From Cercozoa sp. M6MM (lineage: Eukaryota > Protista > Endomyxa: Ascetosporea), in the NCBI GenBank assembly GCA_040357565.1, contig JBDODJ010000048.1: DNA of 64,000 nucleotides. The stretch is one strand, 5' to 3'. A program made the translations under genes and the position numbers. The notes under the pieces are model-generated. The model was not told where the DNA came from. It searched no databases and was given only the letters and a program-made list of their open reading frames with translations. Positions 1 through 14,600 of the stretch are shown here, piece after piece. The stretch's first letter is position 1. Every line of letters begins with the position of its first letter.

Positions 1-12
1 CTTGATGTGCAG

Positions 13-1510
13 GGGAAGAGGGAGGAAAATTTGCTGCCAAGGACGGCGACTACGCTGCAGTATCTTCTTCTGTGCACCCGTGTGTTTCTTTTGTGTATCG
101 CGTTTGGTTAACATTGCTTAGGCTGAAAGAATGTTCAGTAAGGCTATTGAAACACACAAGCTGCGAAACCGATTGCAGGTAATTCCGTCCCTTTTTCTCG
201 CGGTTTTGTGCATTATTTCTGTCGTTCTGTAGTCTGCTGCCAAGTTAGAAATGGCGCTTGGTATGTTGTGACAGGAGGCGTGTGTCGTGGTTGTTAGTTC
301 ATCGTCTGATGTATGTATGGGGTACAGGTGAATTGCTTCGCGACAACGACCACCCGGAAGCTGTACGTCGCACTTCACCTGTCATCGTAGCTGCGTTCTC
401 ACGTTTTTGTCCCTAGGCCATCGCGGCGTTCCAACGATGTGCGGACCTTGCCGAAATGGTAGCCTGCTTGTTCACTCCGTTGAAAGATGTGCACTCTTGT
501 TTGTTTTTTTTTTGCAGGAGGACAAAACCGTGCAACAGCACAAGGCGATGCTGGTAATACATGTGCTTGTTTTTGGTCGCTTCTTGTAATCTGCTCTCGG
601 TGTTTCCTTGAACAGGCCATTGCACATTTGTCGGCCCAAGTGGGCGATTATTCAACTGCTGTGCAGCAGTTCGATGCCGTACATTCTCTGTATCTTGGCG
701 GCTGTTCTGGTATTTTGTCTATCGATTTTAGGTGGCACGCGCCTCTCTGGACAACCGTCTGGCTGCGCACTCGTGCACCGAATACTTTTTCAAGGCACTT
801 TTACTTTTGCTCGCACGTGTATGTTTACACGCATCTCAGGTTTTCATGCGTATCGTAGGCAATGTGCTGCCGTCTGTGCCAGGACGAAACATGTTCTGAC
901 ATTGACTCCCTCACTGAGAGGTACGTGTATTTAGCGGCCTATCGACAAAAGATGGCAAGTATCGCAGCTTGGAGAGGTATGCGGACATGTATCCGCCATT
1001 CGAGAACACGCGCGAGCACCGTCTGTTGTCGCAGTTGCTGAGTGTCTACGTCAAGCAGGATCTCGATGCCTGGTATCTGCCCGCTCTTAAACCGCCGTAG
1101 CTTGTGTAAGGCGTGCTTGTAGGGCAACGGCCTGCTACGAGTTCGAGCAGATTGTGCCACTCCGCGGTATCTATGACATGTGTATGTATGTGTTTCATGT
1201 ACATTTGCGTCCACGGCCTGTTTTCGTAGATTTCGAGGGTGTACTGCTTCTGAAAGCAAAGAAGCAACTCGGCTCGATAGACCCGATCGCTGCCATGGTA
1301 TGTTGTTGCTCTTCATTCTATGAAGTTGTGCTATGAGTGCATATGTAGGAGGCGCAAGCCAACGAAGACGTCATCGATGCCGCCGCCCATGCTGGCGTAT
1401 GTTTGTCTCACTGCACCTTGCGAGGCGGCTATCACATGAAATGTGCTTGCCCGCAGGTTGAGCTCGAGGAGGGTATCGGCGATGAGTTCCCTGAGGTCGA
1501 TCTGCGTTAG
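13..1510 (+). CDS. NAPA: alpha-SNAP (Sec17/NAPA family), 5'-truncated by window edge, multi-exon
   Basis: Spliced exons read AIAAFQRCADLAEM..AIAHLSAQVGDYSTAVQQFDA VARASLDNRLAAHSCTEYFFK AMCCRLC..LERYADMYPPFENTREHRLL..FEGVLLLKAKKQL..EVDLR* (TAG 1508-1510), matching SNAP motifs YFFKA..C, Y....P.F...RE and the acidic DLR C-terminus. Confidence 0.88.
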
Positions 1511-2041
1511 TCGCAATTCAGTTACCCTTGCGCGTTCGCGCGATGGCGATAAGCCGATAACTGAAGTACAGCGCGTCGAGTCGGACGACCAGACTTGAGC
1601 TCCGAAGTCCAAACTAGCTCGCCTGAGTTGAGCGTACTGTGACTCATTATCGTACGGTACCGTTCGGAAGGTAAAAATCTAAGTTCGGCACTTAAGTCTG
1701 GGCGAGCCAGGAGCTGCTTTGAGCACATACGATACTCTCCAGGCATAGAACATTACTGGAATAACCTGAACAAATTTGCGAGACGTTGCTGAGCTTGCTC
1801 TTGTGCGCTACATACTCAAGTTTCGCGGTGTTCTAAAATAATTTGGACCGCACAGACTTTCGTTGGCAACTTCACCTCAGGCTGGCCCGAGCTCAGCTGT
1901 TAACCGAACTGCGGACAGCGAAGGCGGATCGAAATCATCCGATTCGGAATACAAATCGGACTTTTACCAGAGTCCGGAGTTGTGCAGCCAGTTGCACTTA
2001 GTACTTTCGAGAGCGCTGGGTGTTTGAACTGGATTCCCACG

Positions 2042-5000
2042 ATGAACTGGCTCGTTTTTGCGCTGCTCTTGCGTGCTGCTCGTGGAGCGATGATGTCGAC
2101 TGATTTCTCTGCCGTTGTCAAGTAAGTTTAGGTTTTCAGTTAAATGAACTAGTTTTAGAGTACATTACAGTAAACTCTCGTTTGTTCTTAGTGCACCGGA
2201 CAATGGCCGCGCACCGCAAGTTGTTGTATTCTCTACCAAGATCACGCGTGAGGTACGTCACACGGAGTAATACGGAGGCCGTGAATACCACCTTAATGAC
2301 TGTGCAGTCAACCCCTCCTCCAATCACGACCACTGCGTCCACAACAACGATGAGTACAACAACTGCTTCTGCAACAACCCCATTCCCTCCTACAACAACA
2401 CCAATGCCCACGACGACACCCACACCTGACCCGATGACGCGTATGGTGGAACTGAGACTCGTTCGTGGCACAAACTGCGCACAGAACCAATTCAAAAGCG
2501 TGTCGGCGTCGGTAAGTATGCAGTAGCAATGGTAAAATTAATTGATGCTGAGAGGCAGTTTAATTCGTTTTAGGTGTCAAACATGATGTTCTTCTCCTCA
2601 AAAGGCAGCTCTGTTGCTTGGGCACACATGTTTCAGGTAAGTTTGTCTTTGTCCGTTAAAGAAAGCTAAGTTTCACTGGGGTACGCATACAATTTTAAAT
2701 GATGCCCAGACCCCAGAGGCGACACTGATCACAATTTGCGTGCTAGTTGACATGCTTGTGGCAGGAATGACGTCGTTTACGACCCCGCCTCTTTTGGTAC
2801 AAGTTCTGGGCCAAGTACGGATTCGTAGAGAAACTCTCGCCTGTGGATTACACGTGATCGGTTTCGTCGTAGAAAGTGTCGCAATTGTTGACGCCTGAGG
2901 TGTCACCGACCAAAGTGACCTTCAATCTGACAGTGGAGAACTTCGCTTCTTCCATGGCCATACGACAAGACATTGGCAACCTGCGGTTGTAAGTAACACT
3001 AAAATTATCTTTGACTTGCATACATAGTGCACCTGGGTGTGTTCAAAGGTGGGCACACTGTTCCATCCCACCGCTTATTGCAAGCGAAACAATCCACATG
3101 GCGGCTTTGTCGATGTGCCTTCCACAAAACCCATCGAGCACTGATCTCAAAGTGTTCCGCGACCCTCCCATTCGTAACATTCTGCAAGTAAAACCTACGA
3201 CACCAAAAATGAAAAAGGCACTCGTTTTCTCGATACGGATTGGGCTTCGTTTCTGTTTGCAGAGGCAGTCGCAGCGAGGTTGTGTGCCTTTGACAGTATG
3301 ACTGGCATGTGCCGCACGGGTACTGTCTCCTCCGTGTCACTCGGAAGTGCGCGTCTGCCACGCCGCGCGTCATACGACATTGTCTCTTTTTGATACAAAT
3401 ACTCGCAGAAGCTGCTTATACAGGTGGTTTTTGCAGTTGTTTGCGACGGGGAATGCGCGATACATCAAAGCTGAGACTTTGCGAAAGTCGCTAGAAAAAC
3501 AGGCGTTCCCACTGAGTACAGTTTCGCACTTTAGCTCTTAGGTTGCTACGGAACGGGAAGCCAACTGACATACGATTTTGTGATGCGATGTGTCAACGTA
3601 GGCAATCAAAACCGACGCCTTCCGATGCTGTCTGCTCTCTCGGTGAGTGATGCAACGACCCTGCAAATCAAGTAAGTCACACCAGCAACTAAGAACAGCT
3701 TGTGAGTCGTGGTGCTCAACCTTAATTGTAAGATAGGAGACTGGCGCGTGCGAATCCTCCTTTCACCGAGTCGACGCTCATGCTCGCACCGAGCGACATT
3801 GACAGTCTCCGCGCCGGAAACGGAACGCTAGACGTCGTGTTTCGGCTGTCAACTCCACTCCCTCCTCAGGTAGGGAGTTCACATTTTATACTCGGAACTC
3901 ATGTCTGTAATCTCACAGAGCGTGCTCTTGGTGGCACTGGACATATCGATCTGGCGCGTCAACAACGACATGTCGCTGCAGACCATCATGAGCAACATGA
4001 GTTGGACACTCACTGCAGATCCACCAGGCATGCTCAGTAGTGCCATCATGCCACGCTTTTGGGTACGTAGAACACTTCACAGAGGCTTGTAAACGCTGAA
4101 AGACTGGGTAAAATAGGACACAAGGCTGCTCGACATGTCATCTGCAGCGGCACTGTTTCCGCGCTTTATTGACCGTGCTTTGTCTGTTGAACTTCTTTTG
4201 AGACTCAGTGCAACGTTGCATCTGTTCAGAGGGCACCCGACCCGTGCCGACTGACAAACCGTTTGAACAGCTTCGGTGTATGACACAGCTTACATCTCTC
4301 GCCAACTGCACAGCACGCGTGTTATCCCGTCTTTCAATCAGCAGTGAGGCGTCCTCTGACGCCCGGACTGTCGTCAGGAGGAACACAAGACCGTGGCTAC
4401 TTCTTCCGCTTCGAGGTAGAGAGAAATCATGACGGACTTTGTGGATTGACCTAGTATACGTTATCGTGATGACAGGGCACAACGCTGCCGCCCACCGGAG
4501 TTGCATTACGACTTCGACTGGTACTGTGCTGGGTCTGTACTACACCACATTTAACACAACTCGCCGCAGTATAACGTCGCCCTTCGAAACGCAATGACGA
4601 TGCCATCAGACCTCATCAATCGACCGCGTCATCTAGTCGCTTTGCGCACTCTCACACCAGAGGTAAGATTTACCGTACGTTCAAGAGGCAATCAATAACT
4701 TACAAATGTAAATTGACTCCGTTCGTTGCAGACAAACGCACTGGGCAACGGAAACGCCGTCGTATTGGACGCGGGCATTGCGCAGACTGCTGTGGTATCA
4801 ATAGTTTTCTTTAACCACAACAGATTTCAAATGGCGCACAACAGTTTTGTCCCTTCGTTGAATAAATTTAGGTGAGAAAAATCGTGTCATGCGATGTTTT
4901 CGTCGATGGTGGGGGTCGCACTATCGTCAGTGGTCCTGGCTGTACCCTGAATGAACATGTGAGTCTTTTACGAGAGCAACATAATATTGCTGCTGCATAT

Positions 5001-8000
5001 GCAGTGAGTGCATCGGCGTTGGCGCGAAGAGTGCGCATCAGAATGCCCGTAAGGCATCATCCAGAAGTGTATCAATCTGTTAATTATAGTTAGTGTTGTC
5101 AGGTGACGCAATCGAGTGCACAAAGACTACAGATTTCGCTAATGGCATCCACTGTACTGAGTTCTTTTGAAATTGGACTACGCGTGTGCGTGGTGCGCGT
5201 ATTCGTGTTCACACAGGGAGCACCAACGCTATCGTTCTCGCGCGGAGTGGTGCTCATGCCAAGTGGAACCAGTGGTTGCTCTTCGCGCTCCATCAGCGGC
5301 GCCTCGGTACCTTGTGTGTATCGGCGTGTGCTTCGAGCACGAATGTAAATGTAAATCTAGTTGACCAACGGTGGAACGACGCTGATTTGGACCACGAGCA
5401 GTCTGACAGTTGGGATGTCGGTGGAAGTGTGCGTGGAGATTCTACCAACCCCTGGCACATCGGGTGAGACGAATTTCAACGTACGCACCACCTTGCGATC
5501 AGGTGAGGCGCTCGACGAGGTACTTTGCAAGTCTCCAACTTTATAGCAGCATGCAAACAAGCGTCCCTTGTGCAGTGTATCCGACCCCGAGCAATATCTA
5601 CCGTGCGCGCGATTTCTTTCGTACCTTCGCTCTTTTCTACAGTTTGGTTTAAGAAAAAGAGATATACGCTGTACTGGCAGGTACGGCCAGTGGACCCGCC
5701 CTTTTTATCTCAACTGTCGACAACAGACACACGTGTGGCCACAGAGGTATTCTTCGTGTAGAAGATAGATGTCTGTTAGCAGCGCGTTGAGTATATCAGT
5801 ATAGACACTACGAGTTCGATTTCGATTGGGTGCGGGTGCACGGCGCGAGTTATCAGCAGGCGCACGTGCCACACTCGTGTCCGACCGAGCAGGATTGAGT
5901 GGCAGTCGAGTTATCATAGCACAACCAAGTGTACCTGTGAATTTCCTGCTACTTATTTAATTGCACGACATTGTGTTTCGCAGGTGATCACGGTGTCTTC
6001 AAGCACGACGGATTCGACCGTGTTTAGTGCCGAATTTGTTCTGCGCAACAACAGCAATCCTGTGCTGCAATGGTATCTCACTTGCGTGCGTGCAGGTGCC
6101 AGGTCTACACGAGCGGATGTGATTTTGTTTTGTGTGCAGTGTTCAACCGCAGTGTAGCCGGTCGACACCGACACTAACCTTCATGCTGCTGCGTAAATTC
6201 ACAGTGATCCTTTTTTGTAAGTCCCAACGTAATCAATCCATCATGGTAGTGACACGTGCGGATACGGGTGCTTCGGTGAGTGAGGGCGTTCTCACGCTAC
6301 CCGTGAACCCAGTGTATTGAAATTATCTACTACTGTCTCATACTTCACAGTGTTGTAGTACGTGTTATGATTGTACAGCAACACCCGACCAAGTGTCAGC
6401 CTCGTGCCGGCCTCTGTCACTGTAATTTAGGACCACTCACTTATTGTCAGTATCGGTAGTATAGTGTTACGTGTCTAGCTGGGTGCCAACACATTGACGG
6501 TGTCAGTGGAAACCTCACCTGCAGCAGGTATAGGACGAATTTGTACCACGCGTATGCTCGTGTAGCCTCTTGTTTCTGACAGGTCTGCCACCCGACACAC
6601 AATCGAGCATTCGGCAACTCTTCTGGCAGGTGATTCCCACTGTAATCGACGGTCAACCTCGAAACCAGAACGTGCGACCGTTCTTTGTCGATGCACGAAA
6701 CGACCTTGGTGTACAAACTATATAACCTCTGGCCAATCACGCACACCCTTCTTATCGACGCGGATGAGACCTAATCGTAGGTACCTCACGTCGACCCCAT
6801 CGCTGGCGTGTCGCCGCTCTTTGGCTTCGCTCCACTGACATCTACTACGGCCAACCGTACTTTCGAAAACTGCTCCCCCCTGTGGAGCCTGTAGTGTCTA
6901 CTGTTCGTGTCTACGAGACGTATTTTTGCACAGCCATCGGTGCTGTTCTTCGTCGTGCTGCAAGCGACGAGGACGCAGGTTGGTGTCCCCTTGAAAGTAG
7001 CAATCGCTCCACATTTGTTCAAGCAACATTTTTGCGTAGGCCGAATTCGCATGTCACGTGCTAGCCCTCACGAAGGTACATTGCTCCGTGTCAGCGAAAC
7101 ACATTGCTAAATTTCTCCATACACAGGCTTGTTTGACATCCTGCTGCCCGAAACAACTCCGCGCGTCTTTACTTTTGAAATTCAAAACCTGTACTTAACT
7201 TCAACACAACTACAGAAAACATGACTTTTGTAAATTGATCTCGGCCCCCAGGCGTCCAAGTTCGCGTTTCGTTGTTGCACTCGTCGTGCTCGACGGTCAG
7301 ACGGTGAGGGACCAATTTGTACATGTATGTGGACACGATGGCCCAGCGTTGCGTACAGGCACCACGGACTAGTGAGGTCTCGAGTGCCGTCCTTTCGACT
7401 CTTGCGATCGATGTGCGTCCACCGCAAGTGACTCTGCTGCTGCAGTCAGGCAATTTGATCCAACAAAAAGGGAGGGCGCTGACTGACGCACCGGCACGAG
7501 TAATTTACTTTTTCGTAATGATAATAATAAAGGGTACACGGGCCCTTTTGCGTGTTTAGACCAACAGTTCCGTGCGTGTCCACGTGACGACCGATGAGCC
7601 TGCGGATTTGTTCTACATCGCTACTGACTTTGATGCACTTGTCGAGGTACTCTGTTTGTAGCGCTGAAAGTGCGTGCATGCATCCTTGCAGGTGGACATC
7701 GGCACCATCCTGCAAGTGTCGGCACCAACCCAAAATGCGTCGACAGGGCCGAATACGGCGCTGTTTCAGTGTGCGCAGTTGCCTCAGAACCGGAGTACCA
7801 ACGCGACCAACGCCACGTCGAATGCCACGACGAGTCTCTTTTCCGTCAATTCGACGTTGCCCGATGGTAAGTGGCTTGACAAGTCACCAAGCTGCACAGT
7901 GGTGCACGTTTGTATAGGCATCGTGGCAGCTGGAGTGATGCAGAACCTACTGCCAGGGGTCGATAATATTGTACGATATTTTCAGATGAACTAAAGTGAG

Positions 8001-10356
8001 GATATGCAACATAAAGTGATGTAAATAGATCAACGTACCACTGCAAGCTTCACCACTGCGCGATGCAGAACTCTTCTTTGTCGCACGTGATTGTCAACAG
8101 AATTTGCGCAGCAACATGGACAGGTAGACTCTCCTGAACCAGTCCGACACAGTAAACACTAACCGATGTGCACGTGCGCAGTGGTCCTTTTTACATCCCT
8201 CGAGCGAGAGACATGGCGTCTCCCATGATCCTGCAGACACGTGCACAGATCATTGACGGCGAAGGATTCGTCACCCTCTTCATGGACGAGTGCGTTGCAT
8301 TCATTCGATAGAAGCTAGGACACTTAAAGTGAGTACTCACACAGGGAAAGCGAGGTTTGGTGGTTACTCGTTTGGGGAGATCGTAACACTGCCGCACGAT
8401 ACGTGCGTCCTGGTAGCGCGCTAATCTTTGATTTGTACTCTTACGGATATGAACATGCTTTTACAAAAAACACATTGTTTTGTGCTTTTTGTACGATGTA
8501 GGCGGCAGATTCGCCGACAGAAACGCACTGCTGCGTGACACAGTGGAAGTGCTTCTGGCCAGACAAACAGGCGGAAGCGACAACGGGATGCCGTCGGATG
8601 CGCGTAACGCTGCCGACGACACTGAGGTACAACGGAACCGTGAATGACTCGCACATTTTGCGATAATCTCAAATCTGACAGAACGACGAAGACGTGCTTC
8701 AATTCGGTTCCTTCTTCGCTGCACGCCAACTCTTGAGTAATAGAATTTTACGCTTGTTTTGTCACATGATAGATAACCTTCCGTAGGCACGGGCAGTCGC
8801 ATCGTGGTGTCCCAACTACGTCCTCGAACAACTTACACTCTCCTTGTGTATGCGGAAGACAACGTCTTACCGCGCAATGTCTATACGCTCAGGGAGATTG
8901 AGAGACGTTCAGTTGAAGTACAGGGGACTTTGCTCACATGATTTCCGGCACTATTTCTCTCCCATGAATAGGTTGGCGGCGGGGAACCTAAGCTGCGCCC
9001 CTCCTCGGTTCTGCGACTGAAAGGCAATTCTAAGGTAACTTATCACTGTTGCGCCGTTGACCATAGCTCAGAGGTGTACTCGCAATACTGCAACAAACAG
9101 AACCAAGACTGGAGTGCCACTAAAACTGTGAAGTTGGATCCTCCCCTCCCTTTCGGAGGTGCATACGTTCGTCTATCACTCGACAGCCAGTGTGCTGCTT
9201 TCGTTCAACGTCACCCACCTGCCAGGGTAAGTAATTGAATATGTAAAACAAATGCTCCCCCGGTAGGCGTTGTCACCCTCTTCTACGTTACAGGTCAATG
9301 CGGATGGCACCGAGGCAACATTGACAGGTCTGGATCAGTTGGATGCGGTCGAGCATTTTGTGTGTTTGGCACTGTCGCCCGATGGGCCCTACGTCCGACA
9401 AACCAGTGCACACTTCCGCATACATCGGTACGCATCCTACTCGGAGAGAAAATTGATTTTCTGTTGATGTGTTGAATAACACATACAGATGGTACCACCC
9501 GTACGATCTGTCGTGGGTGGCCATTCTATGCCTCGTGCTGCTGTACTTGCTCCTGTTGCTCTTCTTTTTGCGACAACGAGAACGTATTCAAGCCGAGCTG
9601 TATGCCGGCACTTTTGCTGTGGCCTACCTCCGACGTACTTTTCTTCTTACCGTGCCCAGCATCTGCACTGAATGGTTCACATGCGGCAGGTTTTGGTCGC
9701 TCAGCGGCTCTCGCAAAAGCAGCTGCGTTTGTCCAACGTCTGCGACGGCCATTAGAATCTTCTCAAGCTCATGATCTCGCCTATGCCTTGGTATATGCTC
9801 TCTTTTAACCCCTGACTGATTTAATGATAAGGTGCCTTTGACCACCTGCAATTAAAACAGGAGGCGCGTCTGGCAGCTGAAATGGACAAAATCGCCTTTA
9901 CACTGACCGATGAACAATTTGCGAGAGTGATCCAGCTGTTGGAAACCGACCAGGACCTCGTATTTCGGTTTTGTCCCACCAGTACTCTTACCGTACGGCT
10001 TTGATGACTGTTTTGCAGATACGACGCACGAACGGCGAGCCGGACCCAGACTTTGACATTGCGCGCACACCGTGGTACATCGCTTGCTTTGCAGGTTTCA
10101 TGGCTTGGTGTCACACTCTCTGCCGACGTCGTCGTACTCCTGAAAGCGACACTGGCAACAGGCAGCTGCCAACTCCAGCGCCAGTAGAATCTCTACCTGT
10201 AAAAAAAAACTCTGTACACGCGATGAATGAAGCATTACGTACGTTGTTCTGTAGCCCGATCAGCGCAGAAAACGTCTGAAAAAGGCACTTAAGAATGCCG
10301 TAAAGCAACAACACAAAAAGCGCTTGAAGAAGCAAAACAAAGCGAAAACTGAATGA
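2042..10356 (+). CDS. Very large type-I membrane/surface protein: signal peptide, Thr/Pro mucin-like stretch, repeated beta-rich (Ig/FN3-like) modules, one TM helix, cytoplasmic tail; multi-exon
   Basis: ATG 2042 MNWLVFALLLRAARGA; STPPPITTTASTTT.. (2308-2435); TM LSWVAILCLVLLYLLLLLFFL (about 9508-9570); last exon PDQRRKRLKKALKNAVKQQHKKRLKKQNKAKTE* (TGA 10354-10356). Not every middle exon was phased, so this could be more than one gene. Confidence 0.6.
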
Positions 10357-10609
10357 ATTCTGTCCTCGCCTCGCTCGCTCCGGGCAGCGCAACGACCCCG
10401 CCGCTAGCGTAGCGTAATATAGAGTTGATTAGCATTGTACAGTAATCCCTCGATGGATGGTACTCAGCTCGGCACTGCATACGGTAGCACCGTACCTACC
10501 GACGTCGATAGCGTGCGGCATCGTATGATCGGACCATGGGATATTATAATATATCTTCGGTTAGTAATCACTTCATAGACAGCCAACGGTTCCGCTGACT
10601 TCCGTTTGC

Positions 10610-11646
10610 TTACTCGCTGTCCTCGTCGCTCTCGGCAGGCGGCAGCACACGCAGCTTGACGCTCTCGTCGACATCGGCACCAAGGAAGGAATCGCACATC
10701 AAGTAGACCTGTGGCATAAGAAAATGTTCCGCGTACTGATCAGGAAGGACAGGGATGTGTGAGAAAATGCCGTTACCTTAAGGTTGTACTTGCCCTCCTG
10801 CTCAGGTGCTTCGAACGGCACCTTGACGCGCATCGGGTTTGAACGGAAAGCGACCTTCTTGACGGCAAGCAGCGCGTTGCTGTACAACAACGGATACATG
10901 GTGCAAGATGACTGACAGACGCACGGCCACAGAACAGATATAGAAACGAGTACGTCTTGGTGTCGCCAACCACAACGTACCAACCTAAACACATACACGC
11001 ACACACATACCACATACATACATACACACACGACATGTACAACGTAGAAAAGAGATGGCTTAAAGTACTCTCGCGGTGCTCTCGCGGGAAGCGCGGTGCG
11101 TGCACCACAGGCGGCTGCATTGGACGCGGACCCTCTGCACACGCAGATACACAAAATGTGAGGTCGTTTGAGACAACACTAAATGCTGGCGAATACACAA
11201 CATGCTACCACGCTCTTCGCCCTCATCCTCGTCCTCTTCCTCCTCATCATCACGCGACAGGATGCACTGCAGCACGCAGTCCTCACCTGCAACACAGCAT
11301 GCCATCACAGGAACTTTCTGGTTCGATACTTCAATGCAGTGCATGTACCAGCAGGCACTTCGTCATCGGCAAGTCGGCATTGGAGTTCCACCTGTGTTCA
11401 CAAAACAGGTTATGACAGGGGTAAATGACACGAAGACAACGAAGGAGGATTACGTTCGGGAACGAGTTACAGACTTCGGCCACCTGCTCGATCTGCTGCT
11501 CGGACAAACTGCAGCACACAGAACCACACATACACCGACACAAAAATACAATGGACATTCAACATGGGCAAGGTACTCGGAGAGCACTTGGTCGCGCTCG
11601 TCGTCCTTTTCCTGTAAACGTCATCAGTACAAACATCGTGTGCGTG

Positions 11647-11691
<45 letters not shown>

Positions 11692-14600
11692 GTGTGTACC
11701 AGCAGGTCGAAGACGCCCTTGATACCGAGCTTGGTGGCACGAGCAGCACTGTGACACACAGGGAGTCAAGAGAGTCAAGTCATGATGCTAACGAAGCCAT
11801 CGCCTACCGCTCCTTGTCGAAGTACGGCAGCTGCAGGAGCGGCGAGTCCGTGTCCCACTGGCCCTGCGGTCAAGCAATGACACACACGCACATCAAACAG
11901 CAAGGTAGCGGTGACGACAATAGGTAGGTGTGACACAGGAGAAAGAGTACCTGGATGAGCATCTGCATCATCTCAATTGTTGCCAGCGCCGGAGTCAACC
12001 AGCCTACATGACATGCATACATAAGTGCACCAATGTACACACTGGTACGAAGGAAGAGGTTACCGTTCGACGACAGGACGTTCACCATAGCATCCAACAA
12101 GAGCACCGCACGTTCAACGATGTCCTCTCTGTACGAACAAAACATATTACGCATACATGCATGCAAGCAAGGGTCTGAAAGGGGCTACCGCTGACGCGAG
12201 GCGGCGCGACGCAGGCCGATACGCGACATGTGCGACTGCAGCAGCACGTTCACCTGCAGCGGCACCAGGTCGGCCTGCTCCTTCTCCTTGGCGTCGAGAC
12301 CAGCGACTCGGTGCGGCTGTACACACACACATACACACACAATGACCCAGCGCAGGGGGGCGGGGGGGGGGTGACACGGCAGAGAGAACAACACAGTCAG
12401 CAGAGAGCACAACACAGTCAGCAGAGAGCACAACGCACCAGGTGCTTGGCCAGCTTGCGCAGGGCGATACGCAGCTGCTTGGCCGGATCCTCCTCGTCGT
12501 CGGCCTTGTCGCCCAACAACTTGGCGCGGTCGCTGTCACCCTGCACTCGACACATACAGAGTGCGTGACACAACACAAGACAGAAAGGCACACCACAGAA
12601 GAAACAGGGACAGAGACAGGAACAAGGACAAGGACAGGGACAGGGACACACCGTGTCGAGAAGCGACTCAAAGTCGGCGGCGCAGGACAGCACCTGCAGG
12701 ATGCCGCGCAGCTTCTGCGTCGGCTGCAGCAGCTCGTCAAAGGCTTCGATGGTCTCGTACGACACACCAAAGTTGTTCGAGATACGGCCTATTGAGGCGA
12801 CACTCACATCATGCCCAAACACTCCGTCCGTCCATCCGAGAACACAGTGGGGGTGTACCGAGGTTGAGCGGCTCAATGCGTTCCTCGGCCTCTTCATCCT
12901 CCTGCAGACGAAAGTCATGTCAATCCAAGTCAGCAGTGTGACACAAAAACAGAATGCGCACCATGGCATCCTCGTCGGCACGGATGTCGATGCACTTGGC
13001 CTCCTGCAGTTCCTCGAGTGTCTGCTGCACCAGTTCCGACAGGTGCATCGACACAACCTCTACGCAAAAGCCAGACTCAGCCGATACTTTTGGACCAGTG
13101 TGTCCACATACAGATACAGACACAGACACAAGTGTACCCGGCTGTCGGCCAGCGAGGTGGTAGTAGTTCGGGTTGCGCGGCAGACGCGTGAACAAGAATG
13201 ACCAGGTCTACCGTACCCTCTCCCCGTAACACACACACACACACACACACCCACCCACCCACACCCACCCACACGCACAGTCAGCACAACAAGAAGCGAA
13301 AGCTACCAACAGGTTGACGGCATCCTGCATGCTCTCCAAAGTGCCGGCACACACCTCAGACAGGAAGTAGTCGTGCAGCGCCTGCGGCAGCGAGCTCTCC
13401 ACCGGCACAACCTGCTCTCACAGAGTGCCTACAGCAGTCGCTCAGATCTGTAACACGCATGGTACCGGCTTCTGCATGAACTGCGCCAGCAACTCACGCA
13501 GCGACGGCGAGCACAGCACCTGCGCTCCCATAACACCCACACACATACACCGACAAGTCACATATGCACACATACACCGACAAGTCACATGTGAGTTGTA
13601 CCGAGGCCGCCGACTGGGCACGACCCTACACGCTCACACGTACACACAGATACCACAAGGTGGACAGCACAGGAAAACGATGTACCAGCATGCGGGCGAC
13701 GTGCGCCAGCGCGAGTCGCAGCGAGGCACCACCGTCACTCAGCACCACCACAGCCTGAGCCACCAAACAGCGCACACTCAGGAGTCGGATAGGAGACGAG
13801 GCAGGCTCGTACCTGGTCAGCACGCAGGTCGTACGGCAGCTCGTGCGAGGCGTCGAATTCGACGGCGAGCACGCGCACGCGGCGACGGAAGAACAGGGCC
13901 ACCAGGCGGTCCTTGTCTGTGCAAGACATCCCGTAGACCCAGTGTCACCCTCCCGCAATGACACACACACGCGCACGCGCGTGCGGAAGGGAGGGCCTAC
14001 CAAGCTGCACCATGTCGTGCGTCCAGCACGCGGCACCACAACGAGCGTACTAAAACAGTATCAGGCGATCAAGGAAGGGACAAACAGCGTCAACACAGAC
14101 GCACATCTTGCATAGTGCAGGTACCTGCAGGGACAGGTCGTCACTCTCGTTGTACAGGGCCTGGAGCGACGGGTCCTTCTCGATCTCCTCGTCCGACGCA
14201 CCGCCGAATCGCTACATTCCGCCATCGCCATAATTTATCACGCGTACCTTTCTACTTCTCTTCAAGGTGGCAAGAGTACCTGCGGGTCGTCGTCGCGAAT
14301 GGCGCGAGCCACGAACTGCTTGGCCACGCGGCGTGCCATGGCACCTGTTCCACGACACATATAGCCATAGATACAAGGGAACATTGTGTCGCTGAGGGTG
14401 ACATAGGCGAACGCACCAGTCGGCACGAACACCAGCAGCGTCGGCGCCGGCTTCTTGCCGTCACTCTCCGGAACCTGTACCAGCACAGAAACAAGCTCAC
14501 ATACATATACAACAGCTTCCGTGTCCAGAGGAAACACACCAGCTCATCGGCCTGTCGCAGCAGGGTGGCCACCATGGCACCACGACGCGCCTGTCCAACA

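Noticed and set aside
3218-3262. Possible GC-AG intron (AAG/GCACTC)
   Set aside because: An upstream GT donor at about 3174 gives a better frame (QAVAARLCAFDSM)
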